Shown: piece after piece, positions 26,477 to 39,580 of the stretch | Layout of the letters: each line of letters begins with the position of its first letter | Position numbering within the stretch: position 1 is the stretch's first letter | Assembly (NCBI RefSeq): GCF_004010195.1 | Contig: NC_057718.1 | Location: 35,187,777-35,251,776 of the forward strand | Origin: Chiloscyllium plagiosum | Lineage: Eukaryota | Length of the DNA: 64,000 bases | Direction: 5' to 3' | Position numbers and translations under genes: made by a program | The notes under the pieces: generated by a model | Databases searched by the model: none | What the model was told of the DNA's origin: nothing | Seen by the model: only the letters and a program-made list of their open reading frames with translations

Positions 26477-27950
26477 TCATGAACAAAGGGTCAGGTCCAG
26501 GCCATTCAGCCCATTGGGACTGCTCTACCATTCAATTAGATTATCACTGATCCTCTACCTCAGTGCAATTTTCAGCACCAATTCTATATGCCTTGATGTA
26601 ATTACTCTCCAGAAATCTATTGATTTCTGCATTGATCATGATCAATGATTGAGTTGCCACAGTTCTCTGCAGTACAGAATTCCAAAGATTAGCCAATTAC
26701 TGAGAGAAGAACTTTGTTTTCATCTCAATCTTAAATGATCTATTGCTTGTTCTGAGATTATGTCCCTTGATTCTAGACAACCAGCCAGGCAAAACATCAT
26801 ATCTAAATCCAACCTATCATAATAATGTAGGAATTGTATATTTTTCAATGAGAATACCTCTCATTCTATAAAGCTTTCGAGAATATAGTCCCAGGTTACT
26901 CAATCTTTCCTCATAAGACAATAGCATCATCCTCGAGACTAGTCTGGCAAAGTTCCATTGCACTCCCTCATCTTCCCCACGTAAGGACACCAAAATTGTA
27001 CACAATACTCCAAGTGCAGTCTCACTGAGCTCGATACAATTGCAACAAGACATTATTACTTCAGTACTCCAATCCCATAGCAATGAAGGCCAAAATAACG
27101 TTTGCCTACAGGTCCCTTTGGACAACAATGTTCTGGAATCTTTCACCATTTAAGTATTTTACCTTCCTTTTCCTGCCAAAGTGGATAACTTCACATTACT
27201 TACAGTATTGACCATCTGCTATGCTCTATCGCAGTCACTCAGCTTGAATAAATCCCCTTGATGTTTCCTTGCATCCTCTTCATAGTTTATAATCCCATCT
27301 TGCTGTTGGTTCCCAAATCCAAATCACTCATAAAAATTACGGACATCATGAGAACTAGCATTGATCCTTCAGGACTTAACAAGTAACAACTTGTCATCCT
27401 GAAAATAATTTGTTTACCCTTACTCTTTGCTTTCTGTCTCTTAACCAAATCTTAACTCATACCAGTAAATTATTCCCAATCCCATCTACTCAATTTTTTT
27501 TACTAACATTCTGTATGCCTTATCAAAAGCCTTGTGAAAATCCAAATACACCACATCCACCATTTCTCCTTCATTTATGCCACAGGTGACATCCTTAAGA
27601 TAAATCTAACAAGTTTGCCAAGCACGATTTGTCTTTCATAAGTGTACATTGACTGAACCCAAGTTGATCTTTCCTTTTAAATCTTCAGTTATTACATTCT
27701 TTATTGTGGATCCTAACATTTTCCCAACTATTGGTGTCAACTAACAGGTTTACAGTTCTCCATTCTCCTTTTTCCTTCCTTCATAAATATTGGGGTTATA
27801 TTTGCTAGTTTTCAGTTGACAGGATCCTTTCAAAAATCTGTAGAACTTTGAAAGTTAACCACCAACTTATCCATTATCTCTATTACCACCTCCTTCAATA
27901 TACTGGGATCTGGTCTAGAGGATTTAACACCCTTCAGTCATTTAACCTTT
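26477..27950 (-). mobile_element. Old CR1 fragment (RT plus 3' end)
   Basis: LSYEERLSNLGLYS...RMRGILIE. Minus-strand gatgtggtgtatttggattttcacaaggcttttgataagg reads DVVYLDFHKAFDK. Confidence 0.85.
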
Positions 27951-28374
27951 TCAAGCACTAATGTAATTGAATTTGTTCATTGATGATACCTTTGAGCTCA
28001 TCATGGGTAGGATGGCTACAAAAGTACTATGCCATCAGTTCCAAGAAAATCCAGACTAATGTACATTTGGTGTTGTTCAGAGAGCTGTATCAAACATGCA
28101 ACATCAAAAGAGACAGAGACAGTGACCAAGTACATCAGTTCCAAGTAAAACTTCACAATATGCACAAAAATGTGCTGAGAGCCTGATTGCATATCTGTGC
28201 AAAACTGACATCCATTCAACATTCAGTTTTCTCAAGCTAATTTGGTAAACAATGTTATGCAGCATTCTTAATATGAACTTAGAGTTGCAATTTTAATTAG
28301 GAAAACATTATACACAAAAGTGAGAATGTTTTAGGACACTGTTCATCATAAAAAGACACTTTAAACAGACAGAC

Positions 28375-28567
28375 AAGTTCATTGAAAGCATTTAAAGAGG
28401 AGGTAGATAGATTTTTCAAATATCAGGAGTTGAGGGCAATGAGGAGCTGACACAAAGTACGAGTTGGGATGTGGGGCACATCAGCCATGATTGTTTTGAA
28501 TGGGGGAGGCAAACCTGAAGTGCCAAATGGCTTACTCCCACCCCGCTTTCTTACATTCTTATGTTCA
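28375..28567 (+). mobile_element. CR1 3' terminal fragment
   Basis: FKEEVDRF followed by tcagccatgattgttttgaatgg...ttcttacattcttatgttc tail. Confidence 0.75.
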
Positions 28568-31500
28568 TTGGAAGTGTTTTTACAACAAAGGCTTAAATAT
28601 TTTATGCAAGTCACTCCACAGACTGTAATCAAAACAAAATGTGTGGGTAGTAAACATTAAAGGAGCTAATTAAAACCTTGGTTACTGCAATGGCTTTTAA
28701 GAAGAATCTTAATGAGATGGAGATGCTGATGGACATAGTGAAGGAATTCCAAAGAATAGGTCTAGGCAACTGGCAACACAGCTACAAACAGTGAAGGAAA
28801 GAATTGGAGAGTGGGGGGAGGGGAAGGTGGAATGCACAGAGAGACAGAGATGGAGGAATGAAGTGTTCTGGACAATGGGAGATAAACATAGTTCTTGAAA
28901 CACATAAATTAGGAGCAAGTCTTTTCTGAAAAATCTTTCTCTCCTTATAACTTGCTTTATTTCCTTCTTTGCTGACAACCTTACCTCCAATATTTAAATA
29001 TGTGCTACCATCTTGCTTTCTTTTTTGTTTATCTTTTTGCTAACTTGTTTATCTCGGATTCTTTAATTGTTTATTTCTTCCACACTTTTCCCAATTTCCT
29101 CTTTACATCTGTTTTGTCCCTATTCTGTATTTAAGCTTGACATCAAAGTTCTATAGAGAAATTCACTGCTATGATAAAAGCAGACACAAGGATGAAGTTG
29201 GGTTTGGTAAGTGTTTATTACTCTGCTGAAGGGGAATTGTGAAGCTACTAGTTTAGGAATGCTTAAAATGGGTGCTACAATTGACAGGGATAATCTCCAG
29301 TCCACTTTCATTTTTAATGTAAATTAGTCTTCTAAAACTTTACAAATGATTGACCAAGTAAATCTTAACTGGCTTTTAATGGGACTTCATAGCAGCTGTT
29401 CTTCCTGGAAGTCTTCATTCTGTTACTTATTATGAACCAGGGGAGCTGCAAACATGTGGTAGTAATCAGCATAGTTTCCATTCAGCTTCAGAAATTCTTT
29501 GTCACCTATATTCTAAATACATTTCATTGCAGAGATCAACTCTCAAGTCTTTCTTTGTTGGATCTGGCTGACTACTGAAATCCTCTGTCAAGTAAATAAA
29601 TAAATCTTTTTTGAAGGTTATTGTCATCCAAGACTTTTCAAGAACATTGGCAGCATCATGAGACTCTTCCTATGGTTTTGGGGATAAATGGACATGGTAG
29701 TACAGTCAAATACTAAACAGGCCTAAATATCCCTTAGTCTGGGCTCAGTTGGTTTGTTATAGCTGATTGATATTAGTAAGGTGGGTATTTGAATAGCTCT
29801 GAGGATTGGAGTGCTGGGTATGGAAAAATTAGCTAAGAATCACGCTGGTTTCTGATATTTTGTGCTGTAGAATAGTATAGTATAGTTGCGAATTTATAAA
29901 CAAACTTGGTTCTTAAAATGATTATTGGAAACTTCTGGGGCCCAATCTTGCTCAGTGATTAGAAATGCAAACCAATTTCTGATTGCACTTGGTGGCAGTG
30001 GGAATATCTCATACGTAAATCCCATTGCTAATAACAATCTTTCTAATATGGAGACAACCGTGATCCAACACATAGTGTGTACAAGAATGTCAACATGTAC
30101 TGCTGCTTTATGTAGCTCTGCCAGTTCACTGGAATTGTTCTGGGCTCACCAAGAATTCCAGTCAACTTCCTAGGGACTCGTGCAAACTGCCCAGAACATT
30201 CACGCGGGAACTGCTGTTTCTTATTTATTACTTGTAAATATATGACAGGCAAAAAACAAAGACCATTTGACAGGATGAAGAGAGATGGTTAGTCATGTTT
30301 TAAAGCCTCAAGGAATACAACTCTGTTGAGTGGAAGGTTGGGGGCGTGGGATTTCACCACTCGATCACAGGTAACAACACACCAGATAAGGATTAAGATG
30401 AGATATGTTAACAAGATGCAGAACACTTATCAAAAATGAGCACACTGTAGAACTTGACATTGAATGGGTAATAAATACTGTAGCACTAATCACAGTGAAA
30501 TAATACTGGGAGAAAAATATGCTCTCTGTCACAATTTTGGAAGTTGGTTTGGAAAGAATTCATTCCAATTTTGCTGCACTGAGCACATTGGGTAAATCTT
30601 GCCCTGCTGTGTTCACGAGTGCAAGTAGCTGTATTTATAAGCAGTGGCTTTAATGATTGTGCAGACCATTAATCTGTGTGGTGTACATTAAAGCTATTTT
30701 TTCCTGTGAAATTCATGATGTGAAACTTTCTCCCGCATTCACTCTTGAGTAACTTAGCATCACGCGTAAGTCATAGCTGTAGACATTTTAAACAAGGAGT
30801 AAATCAAACATTATATGATTCCCTTTATGCAATATTGGCCAAGCAAGCTAATGCTTGTATTATTGATTACTTTCAACTTTTCTGAATAGTATGCATAAGG
30901 TGATAACATCTGTTATTAATCATTAGTCTGATGAACAGAAATGAATGTGACTTTATTTTTTAACCCACCGGTATTATTTGGACAGAAGTATCCAGCTCCA
31001 ACCTGGCATTCATTAGAAAGCAGAAAAGATATCCTATTTACAGACAAAGACATCTGCCTTGAAAAAAATTAAAGCCGTTCAAAAAGCATATTTACCTTCT
31101 AGTTAGGAATTGAGAAAGGACTTGATTTAGAACATTAGCACATGTTTCAAATGCCCTGCAGTGCAAAGAATGACCATGATAACATGCAAAGATAATAAGC
31201 TCAACTATCTATTCTCTTCCCCATATGGTCCAATCACTCAATGTTTGTCTCTCAAACAATGCCTAAAATCTCATACCTTCAATGAGCAATTTTGTACCTG
31301 CTTGAATAAACGCACATGCTTCACTCATTTGTATTTGTGTGTGTTGGTAACTATGTTTTTAAGGAAACACATGGAGTATATTCACTTGGCTGAGATACAA
31401 AAGAGAAGTTAGCACCGACATGACAGTATAGAATGCATCGAGCCAGTGGGGGAAGAGGAAAGATTGGGAAAACAATGCTTAAACTTTACCATTTATGCTT

Positions 31501-31979
31501 CAGTTATTTATTGACCATATATTTGTGCCATTACAAGCACTAGCTGTTTCCACTGCTGTAAAGATTGAGGCCTACACCACTTTCATTTGTCTGGAGCACC
31601 CCACAGCAACTAAATAATCATTGGGTCATTAATTTGCTCAAGATGCGACATCACATCGGAAGATGTTTTACCTCAAATAGCTGCTGGCCAAATAGCAGAT
31701 TTCTAGTTCCAGTAGCACTAACAGACAGGTCCTCCCATCCCAAATCAGGGTTTTGATTGACCCAAGAGTGGGAGGACCACATGTGCCTCAACCAACCTTT
31801 GTAAAATACCAGCAGGGTTGGAGGGGGAGGCAGGAATGGCAGGCATATGAGTGATGCCATTGAAGCTGATTATGACCTGCCAGTCCACACCTGCCTCTTC
31901 TTTGTCTCCAACCCACCACCTTCCAGGATTTCTGGCCTCTTGACCACCCCCCAATCTTAGACCCTATTCCACTCGCCGA

Positions 31980-32175
31980 TTGCTATAACTCGTGTTGCCT
32001 CGATCTCAAGTTCCAGAATTCCCTCCTTGTAATCCTTTTACTTTCTATGCCTCTTTCCCTCTTTAAGGCACTACTTAAAACCCAGCTCCTTGGCCCAACT
32101 TTCAGTCATCTGTCCAACACACTTGTGAAATGCCTTGAGACAGGTTATTATGTGAGGGACGCTATCATGATTGTG
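31980..32175 (+). mobile_element. L2-type 3' end remnant
   Basis: gaattccctcc...ctttaaggcactacttaaaacccagctc...tgtgaaatgccttgaga resembles L2 3' termini (FK.LLKT). Confidence 0.55.
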
Positions 32176-34589
32176 TCATATATCTGTTTCATCAGTACCT
32201 ATTTATGCCATAACAAAAAGCCTCGTTAACGTATGTAAGACTGAATACAAACACCTCAGAATCGACTGAATGTTCAGTAAAAGCTTTAATTGTATAATCC
32301 TTCATTACTGTTTGTACTTAGTTATTACTCAGTATTAAGTACTCTATGGCACTTCCCCACATATCATTTCAAGGAGTCATACTTAAAGGATGGCACATTT
32401 AAGTATTATTGAGTGTTATCATCAAAGTGAATTATGGAAAGTGAGACTACAAGTCAAATAATAGATAGGTTTAACACAAAACTGTGTGAGATTCGAATTT
32501 AATATGTGGCTACTTGGAGCAGAGAAAATCTCAGGGCTCTTCACTTGCTCTCTTAGCAGTCAGTCACTCTGCATCGATTTGCTTGCTCACAACACTTCTG
32601 CCGTGTTTCACATTTTTGCACAATGTTGCATCATTCAGAACTAATAGGCCTGCCGTATTTCTGTCTTGCCTTGTCTCTTGATGCAGATATATGACCAGGC
32701 AGCTTGCCAGCGTGATCAGCAGGGACATCACCATGCTGCTCAATGTGATACAAGTGTCACTCCTTCACCATGTGTGTGCTTAAAATTAATTTCCATTTCT
32801 GAAAATCTAAAGGGAGTTGTCCTTTGTCAAGTCAGGTGTACGAGTACAGTAGATCAATGGTATTATCTGATATCAGGCCAGGGGCACGGACACCGTCAGT
32901 CAGACAATTGAGGCCATCAGGGTCAGGGGTCTGTACAATTAAAGTTGGAGAGGTGGGCCACAGACAGTCCTGCAGGTCCAAGGCAACCAGACGGGGGATT
33001 AATGGTAAGTCAGATGGGGAACTGCATGGATGTCAGTCAGAGGTCTGAGCAGTCATTAGTCAAAGCTACCTTTCCAAGTTAGCCTGGAATGTGAACCAGG
33101 CTCAGACCTGAACAATGATCAATGTTATGCTACACTGGGCATTAGGGAAAGAATTATAGCCCTTCAACAAAGTTGAAGCATGACGTGGCACTCGGTAGCC
33201 TCTGTAGCTTGATCCTTGAAGCTGCAGTTACTATGACATTCAATCAGGTAGATGATGATATAAAGTGACAGTACATTTACAAATGTGAGCTCCTATTTCC
33301 CGAAGTTGTCACCCACATCACTTATGTGCCTTCAGGAGTTTTACTTCCTTATTTCCTTTCCACCACACACATGGTGAAGGGGCTATTTGAGACTGGCAGC
33401 GATTGACCTAGGGCACAGCTGGGCTTTAAATCTGACACCAGCTTTGGAATTCCCAGATGTTCCTGGCATTGATGGGTTTCTGTGCCACTAGCGAGCTCAA
33501 GAGTAAGTGAGAACAGTGCTGTTGAGGCTTACATAATGAGGTGAGCAGCAGAGATTTGCTTGAGATAACTCACAGAGGGAAACCTTCCATGGAGCTCCCT
33601 GGAATTTACATTTTGCTGATTTTTTGGGGGTCAAATTCAGCCCTGTGAGCATTTTCCCAAATGCTAGTCGGTTTTATTATTTGCCTGCCCATTCTTTTAA
33701 TGTCGTGGTGACTACTGATACTGTATTTTTGCATAGATTTGTTCTAACTACATCCTGTACAGTCAGGCACTTCAATGCAGAACATTTTTTTTCTAAAACA
33801 CTTCAAATGAGAAAGGGCCTCTGGTCCATCAAACTAATAAGCAATCAGCCTCTAAACAAATGTTGGAGAAAGTAATTTGGTCGTGATAGTCTGAAGCATT
33901 TGCACAAATAAGACTGCATACATTTCCAGCATAATTGCTGAAAGCTGCACTCAAGTATAGAACATTATTTAGGAAAATTGATTTGTCACTGTGTGACAAG
34001 CATTTTCTAAATTTGAGCTCCAGACATTTGGAATAGCTTTGTGTTCTGCATATGTCATGGCTTCAGTTTAAAATTTGGGTGTAGGACTCATAAAGCAAGT
34101 AAGGATGATGCAGAGCAGCTGCTTTGCTACTTTAACCACATTTGGTGAGTGCTCAGAGACACAATTGTGTGAAAGATCTTGGATCAAATGTTGCCAAGGC
34201 TGTGGGAACATTCCAAAATTAATGGAAATGTACTTGGCACACATGCTTACCATGGTGTGAGACAATGAATAAGGAAGAATTTCATTGTAGGTGAAAGAAT
34301 GATAAATTTCAAGTTACTCATGGTGCACAAATTGCATATTTTCAAACATGACTGCACGGATTAAGTTTTGTTGAGTCACTAAAAGTTCTGCAACTATTGC
34401 TCCTGGACCCTGTGTGCATGATAAAATCTGAAAATAGAGATTCCTCTAAAGGGGAACTGTTGATGAAAATTGTTCACAAATCAAAAAGATGAAAAGCATT
34501 AGTATTAATTTTAATGTGTCCAAATAATACAAAAGAAATAGAAATCATTGTGCCTCTGGGGTATATAACCACTGAAAGATTAAGTTTAA

Positions 34590-35300
34590 TGTTCTCAAGA
34601 TCAGAAATAACTCAAAACCAGTTATAACTTTTATAGAGGTGACTTCAATGCATTGAGGAACTATTAAAGGCAGTAAATTGGAAGAAGTTGCTGAATAGCA
34701 TTGCAGCTGGGGACAAATCTGACAATGTTGAAATTATGATGCTTGATATACAGGATACTCACATACTATAAAGCAATAAGTTCAAATAAGCAGGAACCAA
34801 AGTGAATTAAAAGTGATACAGAAAGGATATCAATGACCTTTTCAAACCATGCAGAAAGAAAAAGGAAAGGAGTTTACTGAGTTGAAAATAGGAATTAAAG
34901 AAATATGTTTACATAAGGGACAAAGTGACAATTTACTTTGAAAAAAGCAGAGAAGCTGAAAGTAGATTGTAAAATCCTTCTTTCAGAAAGGAGACAGTCA
35001 GAAAAGAGATGGTAAACATGAAAAGGGAATCAAACCTGAAGATGAGCACAAGATAACTGATTTTCTGAGTGGTTATCTCCTGCTGTATTCACAAGGGCAG
35101 ACAAACAACGTGCCCTTGGAAAATAGAGTAAGCAAAGGAGTGACCTCAGTATAAATAGATGGAAATCTATGTCAACTAAAAAGCTTCAAATGTATCAATT
35201 CCAAGGGAGTAAGCAAGATGATTCCAGAGGACTGGCAACATTTGTGAGATTTATGGGCACCAACAGTCATTCGAGGATCACTGGACAAAGAGAGGCTCCA
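34590..35300 (+). mobile_element. Very old CR1 ORF2 remnant (EN-RT linker)
   Basis: NFYRGDFNALRNY..AVNWKK near 34626-34690 and IPEDW at about 35221. Confidence 0.5.
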
Positions 35301-37224
35301 GTGGATTATAAACAGGCAATGTAAATCAGGAGCTAACTTAAATGGAATTCTTCTCATTAATCAGCAAATCTTGTCACAGCTAAATCTTGTATGGTATAGA
35401 CATTCTACAAAATAAAACTGCAGAAGACAGCACAGATAAACAGGAAATAGTGGCATGTATGTTATGTTTATGGCTTTATTCTGGAAACAAAGCTAACAAT
35501 ATCATATGACCTTGGTTTACATTTGTCAGCAGTATTAAGTTTAACTGAAGTTGTTTGCTTATACAAACAATCTTGCTTGAAGACAACTGGTGGATTGTTT
35601 CGGAACTCCATCACTTTCCTGTAAATAAGTTTCCAAAAGTGGAATCTACAAAGAAACCATTGCAAAATCAAAACTACATTGCACTAGAGTGTAGTCACTC
35701 AGCTTGTGACCTTTGGGAGTTTGTGGCCTACTGTGGATGTCAGCAAACCTGGTGTTGCATGAGTCAATGGTGCTTCCCCTTCCAATTCCTCTCCAACCAC
35801 AAGTGGTGTGCCTAACCTGTGAAGCTTTAACATAGAAGTACATTAGCTTCCATCATACAACATGGAAGGTACATACCAAGCAAAACAATTTAGTAAGTCT
35901 AACAGTTGGCTACTTTCTGCAGGAAAATGTGCGCGATGGCTTACTCCTTGGAGGGACACTCTTCAACATGACATGGGTGGCAATTTTCCTCTTGACAAAA
36001 GGTTAGTACTGTATGAGTTCATTTAAATAAATTCAATATCAGTTAACATAGGGATTCTATGATAATTATGATTAATTAAAATCTATGTGCAATCAATAGC
36101 CTATAGATAACCATAACCTTATGCATGCAGCCATTGCCAGGTTCTTACTTCAGAGCAATTTTCAACTTTTTCACAGGAGTACGGGGGATTTTAACATCAA
36201 AAAATAAGGACAACAACAATTAGTTGTGTGACATGAAATTTCAAACCGAGCAGGTCTATGTGAGTCTGTTTTTCATTATTTCAGATCAGTAGGGAAACCA
36301 TTTTCATTTACATGACCGTAATTTCACATAAGCGAAGTTATTTTCCAGTTTATTGCATTGTAAAATACCATTGACGCAGCTGGGGGTGAAATTCAACTCC
36401 ATCGGGAACATATAATTGGCACTGAAGACTGGTCATCCACTATACAACCTGCCTGAGATTCCTTTGCGGTGGTTTCATCTGGCCATCCATGTTTCACATC
36501 TGGTGACTGTCACTGAACTTTACCCCACTAAGTTAAAGTAGAGTTTAAGGAACATACTTGTCATCATTTCTTTTTTTTTGGAGACAAGTGCACAATTCAT
36601 TTCTACACTCATCCCAAACTCATTGACGTAAAATTATTCTTAGATTTCTAATCAGTTCATTAACAAAGCAAGAAATATATAACAATTTGAAACTGTTTTA
36701 TATTAAACCTTGGTGGTGGAGCTTTTTACACACTACCCTTCCAGGACTTAAGCCCAACATCAGATTACACCAAGTGGATGAAAGTTTGATCTCTTCTTTG
36801 GTTATATGTGTGCAGAGATCTTTCTCTAATTGTGTGCAGTAAAACATTACAAACTTAAAACATATGCATGATTTTGAAGATGAGCTGACGTCTATCTAAA
36901 ACTTTCCAATGCATTTATGTTAAATTAATTTTTGTCAAATGAAAATAGTCACTGCCTAGGCAAGATATTGAGCCATGCAGCACTAATTTCTAGGCACTAA
37001 TGTAGCATCCTAAATATGAAACTTGATCAGCAAGAGGGTCAATGTAATATGGAGGTGCATCACCTTCTACACTGTAAAGACTAGAAAGTTGGCAAGTAAT
37101 GGCCACAGCAGAAATAAGAATTATCCTTTTTATATATGCAACTAATTGGCTGCAATGCTCAGCAAAACAAGGTCAACAGGCAGCTAAAAGGCACATCCTG
37201 CTGAAACCATCAAGATAAGTTTTA

Positions 37225-37385
37225 AGTAAAATTCTAGAAATCCTTATCAGATCAGGCAGCATCAGTGAAGAGAAAAGTAGAGGTAACATTTCCTTCCTAG
37301 TTTTCTCTCACAGATGCTAACTGTTATTTTCATCAATTTCTGTTTTCATTTCAGATTTCCAACATCTGCAGTGGTTTGCTTTTAT
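37225..37385. mobile_element. Old Penelope-like inverted remnant (family B)
   Basis: tcaggcagcatcagtgaagagaaaa mirrored by ttttctctcacagatgct, then tcagatttccaacatctgcagt. Confidence 0.6.
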
Positions 37386-38954
37386 AGTAAAGTTTTTTTT
37401 TTAAAAATAGACTCGCCTGAATGTGAAGACTGAAGGGATGGGGTTGCTCCTCCTGACACACATTCAAAAAACAATGGTTCTTCCTGGGATTGGACCTCAC
37501 TAACCTTAACCTACACCAGAGGTGCAATACCCTACCCCAATCACTGTTAGATAGATTCAAGTTTTAGCTTGGAAAAGTAATAAAATAGCTAGCAAAATAA
37601 ATTACTCAACTAGCCCATAATATTCAATGCCCTGTCAGATAAATTTTTAATCTATAAATTTTTGTTTTTTAAATGATTGTTCCACAGCCAGAACTGAAAA
37701 GCCTACACAGGCTTCCATCAAGGACAAAAAAAATCAACACCCAGAATTAACTGACCATGCTAAGGATATTTTGTTTGACATTTTAATCAGTTTTGTTAAC
37801 AATAGCAGATAATGTCAAATAAATTCCACAATATTAGGAAATCAAAAACTCTCCCTCATAATTTTATTAACTGAATCAATCTACAAAGTAGGCAACAAAT
37901 CTGTCAAATTGCAGTTAGTTGATTCACAATAACTTCTTCTTTGCACTGCTTGAAATTGTGTTTGACTTAAAAGGACTGAGTCATTGAACAGTAAACACCA
38001 TCTTATTTGTAAATAGTTACACTGTGAAGTGGTAAACATTTGTTTTCCTTCTCTATCCTGGTTTGTTCCTCGCTCTGGCAGTTCTGTCCCTTGCTGGGAA
38101 GCCTTGTTGCAGATGTCTACACAATTCCAGCTGCTGCACACTCTACACAGCAATAGGTAGGAACTCAGGCTGAAAAGCCAAACGACAACGTAGAGGAATT
38201 GCAGAGTTCCCTGTTCGAGCTCCAGTTGAAATTGGCCAACTCTATGTGTATGTGGGGCCAAACCTAGCATAATTGCACAATATAGTTCAGTGAAACAGCA
38301 AACAATGCATTATCTATCAAGCTATTGGAGGAATCTGTGCCATCGGATTATTGGATTTTGTAAAATAAAATTAATCATTAAAAATGATCATGACTTTTGT
38401 TTTTTTGTTTGCTTGTCCATGGTTTCATTCTATTTAACTCAATGTTTGACTGATAAATTTTTGCAACTGTACAATATTTCTGAGAGAAACCAGAAATCTG
38501 TGATAAACACCCACATGTAGAATATATTACACATTTTTGCACCAAACAACTTTGGCCTCCTAGATGTTCTGACCAGCTCCTACTTACAGCCCATAAATCT
38601 CCTATATTTCCCTGGCTGACTGAGATCTGTTTTATAAGATCAAAAAAAATTGTTATTCTACAATCTTTGTGCAGTTCCACCAAAACAACAGCTGTCTTAA
38701 GAGTAATACTTTAAAGTAATTTATAACCTGACTATCATGCAAAGCAATGATTTATATCATTCTTGGTGAATTTTATTCGCATGGCAAATGCATTCCTGTC
38801 CTCTCCTTGGATCACTGCCTTGACGTGGGGCTTGGATGCTCTGGTGATATGTTGAGCGATGTCATCAGGGGCTTTTTGTTCTTGGTAGTGCTACCCATGG
38901 TGGCAAGAGCATGGTCGGGTGGGCATTGTGGGAAAGCTGTCTTTGGTTAGGCCA

Positions 38955-39580
38955 TTTTTGGAATACTGTGATAAATTCTGGTCGCCTTGCTATAGGAAGG
39001 ATGTGATGAATCACTAAGAGTTCAGAAAAGATTTACAAGGATGTAGCCAGGGCTGGGGGCTTTGAGATATGGGGAGAGTGTGAATAGGCTGGGGCTGTTT
39101 TCTGTGGAGCGTCGGAGGCTGAGGGGTGACCTTATAGAGGTTTATAAAATCATGAGGGGCATGGATAGGGTGAATAGCCAAGATCTATAGGGGAGTCCAA
39201 AACTAGAGGGCATTAGTTTAAGGTAAGAGGAGAAAGATTTTAAAAGGACCTAAGGGGCAACTTTTTCATGCAGAGGGTGGTGCTTGTATGGAATGAGCTG
39301 CCAGAGGAAGTGACGAGCTGAAAAGCGCAGCAGCTCAGGCAGCATCCAAGGAGCAGGAGAATCGACGTTTCGGGCATGAGCCCCTCTTCAGGAAATTTTT
39401 CTCGAGGAAGTGATGGAGGCTAGTACAATTATGACATTTAAAGGGCATCTGGCTGGGTGAATGAATAGGAAGTGTTCAAAATGCTGGCATATGGGACTAG
39501 ATTTATTTAGGATGCGAGGTCGGCTTGGAGGAACTGGACCAAAGAGTCTGCTTCGATGTTGTACATCTCTGTGACTCTAT
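38955..39580 (+). mobile_element. CR1 3' fragment (young family)
   Basis: ggaggctgaggggtgaccttatagaggtttataaaatcatg (RLRGDLIEVYKIM); ends ctctgtgactctatg. Confidence 0.92.
39314..39403 (-). mobile_element. Short Penelope-like insert with intact HHR core, inside CR1, 10-bp TSD
   Basis: TSD gaggaagtga at 39304-39313 and 39404-39413. Minus strand CTGAAGA-g-GGGC-tcat-GCCC-GAAAC-GTC. Confidence 0.88.
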
